Origin: Hydrolagus colliei | Lineage: Eukaryota | Direction of reading: 5' to 3' | DNA: 64,000 nt | Assembly: GCA_035084275.1 (NCBI GenBank) | Contig: CM068752.1 | Span: forward strand, 13,206,001 to 13,270,000 | Part shown: piece after piece, positions 37,501 through 49,500 of the stretch | How the letters are laid out: each line of letters starts with the position of its first letter | Position numbering within the stretch: position 1 is the stretch's first letter | Position numbers and translations under genes: made by a program | Notes under the pieces: generated by a model | Database searches by the model: none | What the model saw: only the letters and a program-made list of their open reading frames with translations | Told to the model about the DNA's origin: nothing

Positions 37501-40500
37501 AATTGATTAGAACTGAAAATTAATGTTGTCATGTAGCAAACACCACAGCTAACCTGAGCAATATCCATTGAATGAACAGCAAAAGCAACAGCAAAAGTGC
37601 TGGCTACTCAAATAATTTGAATTTGGAGGTACATGAGGAGTGGGTATATAAACTAGAAGAAATACTCCACATTTTTTTGAAATAGTAGCAACAGGGCTTC
37701 CTTTACCTGAATCATAAAAACAGGCAGAACATAAATTAATAACATAATGTGCTAATAAATAGTTTTGTTTAGTATTTAGGGCACTTTGTGCTTTGTTTGA
37801 TGCTCTTTTACTTCTGTAAATATTTCCTGAAATGTACTATTTCACTTGGCAAGAAGGGTGGCAACTGCCATTATCCCTCATTGTCAATATTCCTGTCTAT
37901 ATTTAGTCTATATTTCCTTTTGCAACTTCCATTTTTTCCTACATTGTCCTGAATAAGGGTTCTCACAGTAATATCTCAGTCACTTACTGCTTAACACCTT
38001 CACCTCCCAAGTATCTGCCCTCCCTATTGTATACCCTAAGTGATTCTATGCAATGGCCTCCCAAGCCATCCATTCACTCTTATCTTAATCCTCTGACTTA
38101 TAAAAAATATTTTCTGATCTCATTTTGAACAAGTTTAGCTCTGGTTTTAAGATTACAAACATTGTTTTGGTTCCCCTATCCGGTTTGTCAATTTCCTTCA
38201 TTACAGAAACACCAAAACAACACAATTAGGTCACCTCTTATAATGAGCTGTGAGAATATAACCCAATCTTCTACACAGCCTTTCACTGAGCAGAGCCCAT
38301 TCATCCCAATAAGACATGCATTTCCTCCCCACCGCTTGTGTCGAGAGCTCCCGTTGCTCTGATAATGCCATCGCTGACTGTTTAATCGGATGATTAAAAA
38401 AAACTTAAAGTTGAAGGGATGTAGCATGAAATTGTGGTTAAGAATGCTACTTGCTGATAACAAAGCTATTTAAAGGAGGATCACTTGGTTTGGCCACAAT
38501 CATTCTATTTACAAGTTTGAATTTGCATTTATACTCCATGTTTTGTGGCCCCATTTCACTACCTCAACCCCAGTTTAAACTATCTGGCAGTGATTCATTT
38601 TTTGTAAATTTTTAAAGGATATGAAATACCATTCAAACTAGCGTTTCCCTCATCTCTATTCATTTCATTATTATTATTTATCCCATTTAACCTTTTGTTA
38701 TTTCTCATCTCCTGTCTGCAGAGATGGGCTGAAAGGCCTTCTACTGTGTCATAAATTTCTAGGGTTTTATATCTAGCTCCTGCTTTCCTTTTACTGGGTT
38801 GTAGCTCCGAAGCCTGCAAGCACTTTCTAGTCCCTCAAGTTCAGCCCATGGAATCTTCTCTGAATCACCCGAAAAAGCAGACAGGCCCTTGTATTTAATG
38901 TTTCATCTGTAATATTTATTTCTCAATTCTCCTATTCTCCAAGCTAACACTGCCTGGCTAGGATACTGTTCTGTACGGATCAGGTCCTACATTTACCTAT
39001 AAACAGGTCCGTGGAGTCCTGTAGCTCAGTGTTTTTTTAAGCGAGCGACCTGGGTTCGATTCCAGGCAGGATGAAACCTTGCACAAGCTTCCCTACTCCA
39101 CACGCCTGATTATAGTCCTTAAATTTTTTTATAATTGGTAATTTCAGTGCATGGCTGTTTGTGAGACACTGCTATGCAAAATCGGCTGCCGCGTTTCGCC
39201 CACAAATATACAGTCAATTCACTTTACAGTATAAACGCTGAAGCGGTTTGACACATCTAGAATACGTGATAAGGCTTTTTCAAATGCAAGGATTATTATT
39301 ACTATTATTAAGTACACAGTCAGTACACGCTGTAGTAAAAGAATGGCTTTAAGATATTTAATTTACGTCTAGAATAAATTAAGGGATATGCATGAGACTA
39401 TCACAATTGTAATCTTTAAAGTTTTACACTATCGGAAAGCCTGAAAGCTCTTTACAAAATTTGCTGTGAAGTAAAGTGATTGTATGTGTGTGGGCAGCAA
39501 TCATTATGTTAAATTGCAATGTGCCACAAACAAAAAGGAAATCAATGATCAATTTATGTGGAGGAGTATTGGCTAGGACACCAGTAGCAACTCCAAGCTT
39601 TTTTCAAACAGTATCATAAGATCTTAAAAGCCAGCTAAAAAGTAGATGGAACTTCAGTTTAATGGCACCTCTAATGTTGCAACCCCATCCCCCCTGTTGC
39701 ACTGATGTGTCAGTGAAGCACAAGTTGCTGAACATCCGATGGCAGCACGGAAGGGTTAAGAGCTCAAGTTACTGATGCTTGACCCACAACTTTCTAATCT
39801 TGAAGCAGAAATGCTACGAGCAAAATGACACCTTCACATATAAAGTTAAAATTGTAGAATAGGGTTGAAATGGTATTAAAGAGCTGGTTTATGTTCTTTT
39901 CCATTTAAAGGAGCAATTCAGGAATTGTTCCGAAAATTTCTAGGATGGTTCATTTTGCAGCGACAGTTTTAACCACAATCGGTTAACCAGTGAAAATTCT
40001 TCCTTGGTTTTTGAGAAATAGCAGAAAATTGTGGCCACAAAAGGAACTTATAAATTTCTCGATTTATTTTCTGTTTAATTCCTTAAGCACTCTGAGACGC
40101 TGTCCAGTGTAGAGAATGCTATATAAATTGAAGTTGTTGTTGCTGTTGCCTAGGCACATGGTAAGTACACTACTGAGGGCATCATGTGTTGTGAAGCCTG
40201 TATCCTGAATCTGGATTTGGCAGAACTATCTTCAAAATCAGGTGACCTGTTGACCCTGCATACACGTTTAATACCAGAGCAATGGGACCCTGAGATATTT
40301 GGTATGTGCTTGAAAATCTAATGGCAGCACGTAAGGGCTATTGACTGATTTGGGGTACATGAGTACACAGATGTGCCTTGTACAGTAATTTTAATTCCAT
40401 GATGAATGAGGCTTGCTTGTTCAGAAATGGATCTTGTAATCTACACATATAATAATATCAATTGTGTTGCTACAGTACCAAGCTTTTGCTTTATAAACTC

Positions 40501-43500
40501 AACAATGATGCCAGTCTCCAATTGATCCAGATCTGACATGACAATATATTTGTGCCAGGCTTGCACTCTGGCTTCACGACAAGCTGATTCAATCAAATGA
40601 TAATCTGTTTTATTTTCTGCAAGAGCTCTGATGTAATGTTTGGCTTGGTGGATAGCATTCTTACCTCTGGGTCAGGAGGTTGTGGACTTATTTTCCATCT
40701 CCACTTGTAGGAGTAGGCTAGGCACACTTACATTACAGTATGTTTTGTGAAACACTTTAAGGGACTATATCACATCAAGGCTTATTGTTATTGTAGACTG
40801 ATCCAGTGCAATATTGGGAGAGGACTGTATTATGGTAATAATCCTTGCATTTGATATGCATTTTGTACATCTTCTAGGTGTCTCAAAGCGCTTCACAGAA
40901 TATACTGTAAAGTGAATTAACTCCGAGATGCTCTCTTTTAAATGAGATTCAGATCCAAAGTCCTATCTGGCTAATCTTCAAGTGGACATTAAAGATTCAT
41001 ATTTGATATTATTTGAAAAGAGATGTACATTTATCCCTGTGACTACGGATAATACAATAGATAAACTGGTCATTCATGGCTAGTTATGGAATTTATGCAC
41101 AAAATAGCTGCAATGCCTGCAAAGTAGTCAGTATTTTGTAATTACTGTAAAAAGTTTTGAGACATTTGATTTGATAAGGTATTATTAATAATTGCATTCA
41201 TTCTCAGCAATACTTGTTAGATGAGCACATGTAAAGGAAGAGTATTGGTGTGTGCAGAGGATTGGGATAGATGGAATAAGAATTCAGGTTAGCACATATG
41301 GTTTTGTTGGAGATGCAAGTAGGAATATATAGTAGTAATCGAGTAGAATATCAGCCATGATTGAATGACGGGACAGGGTCGATGGGTCGAATGGCCTACT
41401 CCTGCTCCTATTTCTTATGTTCTATTTCTTATGTCAGGGACTGACTGGCCTCCTACAGTGTCATTGATTTCAATCGTTCTATAGTCCCTATCTAAGAGCT
41501 GATTTTCATACCAATCTATGTGCAGTGATCTAATGGGTTCTGTGCGCTGACACATGTGGACTTTCCATTTACACATGTAAACTGCGCATCCCACCACATT
41601 GTGTAGGATGGTGTTTTGCTAGAGTTAGTGTATTTTGCCCAGGTTACGCTCTTTGCTGACGAAAACACCAGTGATGACAATGGTTTTACTTTTACAGAGA
41701 CCACTCACAGTCGGTGTTCACAAAGTAGAGGAAGAACACAAACCACATTCTGAAGTCTAAACAAGTGTGGTGTATGAATGCCCATCTTTAGTAACTGTAC
41801 GGTGGGGAACCCCACAGTGAGAATTTCCAATACAGCAATGTAATACTCACAACTTCACTCCACCCTTGATTTAGAATCCAAGTGGGTGATGGGTAAATCT
41901 CTAACCTTTCAGTCTTGGAAATTTATTTGATTTGTGTTTTATGTGTGAATCGGGGAGGAAGGGGTAGGGGCAATTCAGCATTAATTATTAATTTGGTTAC
42001 TCGTTTGACTCTGCATGACTCCCAGGAAGGAGATTGATTCTGGTTTGTTGTTCTGTTTGATCTTGTTTACTATGTAAATAACCATTCAAAGTAAACTGAG
42101 AAATTCCCAAATAACTCCCGACTGTACATTAAAAAAGTTAATCTAGACTTCTGAAAGGTGTTCGACAAAGTACCACGCAACAACAACAACTTGGATTTAT
42201 ATAGTGCCCTCCATGCCAGACAGGGGGCTCAGAACACTTCACAATAATGGATTCCCGGGCTGAGCCAGGGGGAGGGGGAAGGTGATCGTAGCCTCGGTCG
42301 AATAGAAAGGTCTTCAAGCACGACCTGAAAATGGAAAAGGAGGAAGCGAGGCGAAGGGATTGAGGAAGGGAGTTCCAGAGCTTCGGGGCCTAGTGGCTGA
42401 AGGCATGGCCGCCGAAGGTGGAACGGAGGATTCGGGAGACAATGAGGAGGCCAGCCCAATAGAGCGGAGGCAGCGGGTACTGATCTGAGGAGAGAAGAGG
42501 TCAGAGAGGTAGGAGAGTGCAGAGGAGTGGAGGGATTTAAACATGAGAGTAAGGATCTTGAAGTCGATCCGCTCTGTGACCAGGAGCCAATGAAGTCTGG
42601 CAACGTCTGGGGTAATCGGGGAGTGAAGTTTGATTCGGGTGAGATTGTGGGCGGCATTCACTCCTTCACAAACTGGGTATCAAGGTTAAGAAATATACAT
42701 AGATTTGAAAAATGGCAGGAAAGATGGAAACAGAGGTTCATTGATAAGGAAGTTAGGGCAAAATAGAGGAAGTAATAAATGGAGTGCTTCGAGGATCTAT
42801 ACGGGGAACCTCAGTTTTTTGTATATATCAATGAACTGGATTTACAGACCTAGTATAAACGAATCAAGAATTAAGGAAAAATTAGGGAAGAATTAAGGAA
42901 GAATTGTGTAAGGTTGTGAAGAATTATGGAATCAGAGAAGGGAGCAGAAGTCTTATAAAGACTATATGGTTTGATGACTGGCAAATTAAGTTCAATATAG
43001 ACGATGCCAGGAACTACATCATATAGGAAGTAAGAATAGGAAACACATATACTCCATGGCTGAGATAGAACTTGGGACTGATTAGAACTTCCCAAGTGGG
43101 AAGCTGAAAGACATCTAGGGATTGTTTATTTCCTTGTTTCCTTTATTGCCACTTCACACAGCGTGGATAATATTGAGTGATTCATAGCTCAATATGATCA
43201 TGAAAGTGTGAGGTGGCAAAAAGCTATTTGGTGCTCTAGTCAGACAGTACAAATATTAATAATAATAATAATTCTTGCATTTGATACAGTGTTTTTCACA
43301 TCTTCTAGACATGTCAAAGCACTTCACAGAGTATGTGAAATGACTATATTTGTGTGTGAAACGTGGCAGCCAAATTGTGCACAGCAGTGACCCACAAACA
43401 GTTGTGGAATATACAAGAATGCAATGTACAGTACTGGTTCTCGCAATATAAGACAGCAGCCCATTTAGAGGCAATGAAGAAGAAAGCAATGATGATGAAT

Positions 43501-46500
43501 TGTAATGCTATCAGAATGAGCTAAGAGTAAAAACTAAATAAGCTAGGGCTTTTCAATCTTGAAAGGATATTTCTCAGTGGGGACCATATAGATTAGAATA
43601 ACATTTGAAATATACAACGATAATAACTAACCCTTGCATTTTATATAGTGCCTTATTTATAGTGCCACATCTTCAAGATGTATCAAAGAGCTTCATCATA
43701 TACTGTAAAGTGTAGAGACTATATTTTGTGGGCAAAACGTGGCAGCCAATTGCGCACAGCAGTATCCCACAATCATGGAGTGAATGTCCAAATTATCATA
43801 TTTGAAGAAATTGAAAAGGTAAACCAGTACAATACTGTAGTTTTTGATGTACCAAGACAAGAGGATAAAGGCTTTGTTTGTGAAGGTCAATTTCAGGACA
43901 GACACCAGGAAATATTCCTTTACTCAGAAGGAAATTAACGCTGGAACAGGAAGGCAATTGAGGCCAGAATGCTGGATTCATTTCAAAACCAGTTTAATGC
44001 TATATGGAGAAGATGATAGCATGGGAATCATTTTGCCCACAAAATATACAGTCACTTCACTTTACAGTATATTCTGTGAAGCGCTTTGAGTTGTCTAGAA
44101 GATGTGAAAAGTGCTATACCAAATGCAAGGATTATTATTATTGTGTCAAGATGAGATCAAATAGCTGAAGGGCCTTCTTCATTTGAACCAATTTTGTGAT
44201 CATATGATCTGCAATGAGCAGTTTTGGAGTCTGCAGAGCTACCTGACTGAGGAACCAAACTACTCAGAATGGTATACACAATCAATTTCCAGTGTATAAT
44301 GAACTCTAATGCTATACATTGCCAAAAATATATCCTTAGAGTGAAATTGTTTACTTAAAGGGCTTGTGTCTTTAGTTTAGTGGACAACAAGGATCTCATG
44401 CCTCTAATCAAAAACAGAAGCGAGTTTCTCGTGTGTCTTCACCAATAGTTCTCCAGATAAGTTGATCTTACATTTCTTGACTGTTATGAGCAAATTGGCT
44501 GCCAATTTCTCTAACCTTGAAACATTTATCTGTGAAGTGGCTTGAGAAATTTCTACATTATAGGCACAGTATCAAATCCAGGCATGGTTGCAAATGAAAG
44601 TATAATTAATCCTGAACTGACTTGATTCCGACTATCTATTGCCAAGAATGTTCCTTTAAGTCAGCTTAGCCCACATCTGTGCCATGACCTGCTCTGCCTT
44701 CCCCCACCTCCACAACATCGCCCAACTCTGCCATTGCCTCACACTGTAGGCTACCGAAACTCTTATACACTCATTCATAACATTCACTCATTCATAACAT
44801 CCATTCTTGACATTGCAAACTTCCTGCATGTCTGCCTCTCCAACTCCTCCCTACTTAGGCTTCAGATCATCCAGAATTCTGCAGTCCATGTCCTCACCCA
44901 CACCAGGCCGTCTGATGCCTGTAGCCCCCATCAACAACAAAAAAATTGCACTTATAGAGCACCTTTCACGTCGGGAGGACGTCCCAAAGCGCTGAACAGT
45001 CAGGTCAGGACCTGAGCGGTGGGGGAAGGGTCGTGGTAGGGGGAAGGGGAAAGAGAGTGGGAGAAGGGGAAGAGTTGGTGGGGGAGCCGAAGGCGTGGTC
45101 GAAAAGAAAGGTCTTGAGACCGGCCTTGAAGGAGGAAAGGGAGGAAGTGAGGTGGAGGGGCTGCGGGATGGAGTTCCACAGTGTGGGAACAGAGCGGCTG
45201 AAAGCCCGGCCGCCGATGGTTGGGCGGTTAGGGCGATGGATGCGGAACAGGCCTGAATCTGCTGAATGGAGGGTGTGGGCAGGCTGGGGGACAGTAGGTC
45301 AGAGAGATAGGCTGGGGCAAGGCCGTGAATGGCCTTGAAAGTGAGAAAAAGGATCTTGAATTCGATCCTCTGGGTGACGGGGAGCCAGTGGAGATGGGCG
45401 AGGGTGGGAGTGATGTGGTCGCGAAGCCTGGTGCGGCAGAGTACACAAGCTGCAGAATTCTAAATGATTTGCAGCCTGTGAAGAGAGGAGCTGGGGAGGC
45501 TGACGAGGAGAGAGTTCCCGTAGTCGAGCCTGAAGTGATAAAGGCGTGGATGAGAGGGGATCCTCATCCGAATACAATGGCTTCCCATCAGGCAGAGGAT
45601 ACAGTTCAAGATCCTGGTCCTCACCTTCAAAGCACTCAATGACTTTGCTCCCCTCTACCTCTATGCCCTGCTAACCCCCTACGATACTGCCCACTCCCTC
45701 CACTCAGTGGAATCTGGCCTGCTTCATAACCTCCACCTCACCTACCCCACCATCCCAGAGTTTCTCCGCCTCGCCTCCTCCCTTACCTCCTTCAGGACAC
45801 ATCTCAAGACCTTCCTCTTCGACTATGCTGTTGTAATTTATTGTTGTTGTCTTGTTTGTTGTTGTTGCTTTTCATCATCTCCCCAGTTCGGGTCTGAAAC
45901 ATTGACTATCCAACACCTTGTTAAGTCCTCCCGACATGAAAGGTGTTTTACCAATGTAATTTTGTTGTTCTATTTGTTGTTGTTTACCCTTCCTCACTCC
46001 CTTCGCCTCTCCCCCTCTCTTCCCAGTTTCAGGTCTCAGCTTTCTCTTCGACCATGCCTTTGGTCACCTTTCTCCTCCTGCCCCTGGCTCGCCCCCGGGA
46101 TCTGTTGTTGTGAAGCACTCTGAGATGCCGTCCGGCATGGAGGGTGTTATATAAATCAAAGTTGTTGTTGTTCTTGTTACCATCAGTCCCTATCAGTGTG
46201 TTTTGCATTGGGGGTGGATTCAGTACAGGCTGCTCAGTTTTAACGTTCTGGAATGTTGTTTGCTCACTGACTAAATTACCAGCCTGCCGTCTGTAAAGTT
46301 CCTTGGCATTTGAGGATACTGTGAACCAGAAATCCTTTGATATGCTTCACTTCCTGTAATTTGAACTTACAATGAGCTTTAATAATTGAAACTTGAACAT
46401 TAGAGATGTGATGGAGATTTACCACAAATACCCCTGAGGATTCAAAGCTGATGAAAACAATCCCAACCATTTTTCAATTGTGGTTTGGAGGAACATGGTT

Positions 46501-49500
46501 ATTTACAACGAACAAATTACATGTGCAGCCATCCTGCATAATAATACTACTACTAATAATAATAACAATGACACATGCATTTAACATAGCTCCTATATTG
46601 TTGAAATGCTTCACCTGACATTTGTTCTAAACTTCTCTGACTGCTTTGTACATATAGCAAACAGTTTACGTACAGAAAAATCCACAGCAATTAAGCAAAT
46701 AGGGAGGATTATTGGCCAGGACACCTGGGGAAATTTCCTCTCTCATTTTCAAGTAATGTCATAGAATCTTTAATATCCACCTGAACAGACAGGCGGGTTT
46801 AATGTCTCATCCAAAGAAAGGCATTCTCTAACAATACAGTATTTCTACTGTCATGCCAATCTAAATTGTGGACACAGACTCGATGGGCTGAATGGCGTCC
46901 TTTTGTGCTGTAAGATTCTAAGTCGTAATGTGGGGCCTGAACCCACAACCTCTGACTCAGAGTTCTAAGGATCAGGTATAAAGCTGGCTGCTACTGGGCA
47001 TAGTTCACTGAAATAATTTGTTCTCATTTTATATTTATTAATGAAGTTCATAAAGAAGAATAACATTTCTGTGAAGCCATCTCAAAATACATATTTTCAG
47101 AATGAAGTTCCCCCCAGTCAGAGAAAAGTGTGTGATGTGCCAACGGCTGCCACTTGGATTTAAAAATTAAGAAATATCAAAAAATTGATCCTAAAATCTC
47201 AGTCAAAGTCATCTACATTTTTGCATCTTTTGGGGGGATATGGGCTCTATGTGCCTTTCTGCTTATTTGATCTCCTCCATCTCCAATTCTGGCCCTACCA
47301 TTTTCTCATTGCAGCATCAGACTATTTCTTAAATGAGTCCTGTAATATTTCCTGGTATCTACAAACTTTTAACTTTCCTATTCCTGAACCTATGCCTGCT
47401 CTCTGAAGGTATTGTTCCAGATTAATTCTTTTTGTCCTATTCAGCATTTTATACAGCTTCACAATACTGATCTTTTTCCAATTTCCTCACTCCTCTTTAT
47501 TTATCTGACCACCTTACTCCGCAATCCACCACTTGCTGCCTCCACTCAGCTTGCTCCAGCCTCCTGTTTGTACCCTACTGTCCATCATCGTTGGGTGTGC
47601 CTTGAGCCACGACTCCCTGAAACTCTGGAAATCTCTCCCTTGATCCTTCGATCGATCTTGCCCTCTTCCTCCCCACCTTGAAATTCTGCCTAAAGAACTA
47701 CCTTTTAGATTGTGCTTACAATCACCTCTCTCCCTGACTCATATCAGATTCCAGCACTGCCAAGCGCCCCGGCGTGGGCTAATAAACGCAAGTTGTTGTT
47801 GTTGCCGCCACTGTTGTTGTTTTTAAAACTAAAGAACCCTAGATGATATAGTTCCTCATGTCTAATTAATCTAAAAACGGTCATTGCTCTTCTCTGTGCT
47901 TCATCCAGAACCTGAGCATTCCACCTATGTTGCATTGACCATAATTGTATATATTACACTCAGGCCAAAGCAAAGCACATTACAGCAAATTGGGATCTTG
48001 AACTCAACTAACTCTGTGAAGTATCCCCCCCACCACTCCCCCACCAGCAGCTGTATGAAGCACTTTGACAAGTCCTCCTGATGTGAAACACACCACATTT
48101 TTTGGTATTGCATTGTATTACATAGTTTAATACAATGTGTTCCTGAAACTAGACAATTGTTAAACAGTCAGAACATTTTTAACATTTTAAAGATATTTGT
48201 GCAATGTTTCCTGGAATGCAAATCAGGTGCAAGACACACTCTAGTTCTTGTTTACATCAGATCTTTGCCTTATAAGTTTGTGTGCTGAAGAGTTTATTCT
48301 CTGTAAATCTTATATCAGTGATAGGCTTTAATACAGTGTACTACACCTATACATTAGTCTTTGACAAATCAAAGTGTACCAGAGCAGTGTCGTAAACTAT
48401 TGATGAGAGTTGTATAAACACAGTAAATGTATTGAATGGAAACCTGGCCTGACTAGAATGGGAGATGTAGTTGTATCACCACATCGTTTACTACTCTATT
48501 ATTCTATGTCAGTCCCACATTGGGACTTTGAGCTCATATTATATGCTGACACTCAAAATGCATTATTGGAGATGCTATTCTTTGGATGAGATATTAAATT
48601 GATTTATATATATCTGTTCAGATGCACTTTAAATGGTATTTGAAAGGGGAAGAGAATTTCTCCCATTGCTAGGAGAAATTCCCTGGCCAACAATTTCCTA
48701 GATAGCAGTCTTCCCTTTCTCCTACATTCCTCAGGCTTTTAAAATCCTCCCTATTTATCTGACCAACTTACCCCGCAATCCACCAGGTTAGTGGAATTCA
48801 GGCACCTTTGTTGATTTCTTGTCATTCCTATTATTTCAACCTTGGTGGTAGTCTGTCTTGTGCCTTTGATTTTGTGCCTTGGTTTCTCAATATGAAAATC
48901 CCCAAATTGTTGCAAATATATTTGTACCCATGGATCTTAGAAAAAAGAACTTGAATTTTCATAGGGCCTTATCATACTGAAACATCCCAAAACACATTAC
49001 AGTAATTGATGTCAAGTGTTGCTACGTACTTTGGAGGACAAACATGGCAGTCATTTTGCACGTCAAGTTCCCATAAACCGCCATAAGTTGAATGACCAAG
49101 ACATCTGAAGTTTGTTGGACAAGATCAAGAGGAAATTCTCTTTTTTTGTCATGGGATATTTAGTGTCCATTCGAAAAAAACAACTGGTAGGCTTGGTTTT
49201 AATGTCTTGTTCAAAGAACTGCAACTGTTGCAATGCAATGCTTACAATGCAGTAGCGTGTCAGCTTCAACCGAGCTTAAATGTCTGACGTGGGGCGTAAA
49301 ACCACAATTTATGGTCCACAGGTAAGTGTTCTAAGCAAAGCTGCCGCCCTTATCATCAAAGTACATTGTTGGCCGTCAGTGATACAGTGTTACAATACGC
49401 ATCCTGTTGAGGTACTCAGATGAGACGGTTTGTTTTATGTGCCCTTCACATCATATGAAAGAGGAAATGATTGCAATAACATCCCTTGTCTGTATTAACT

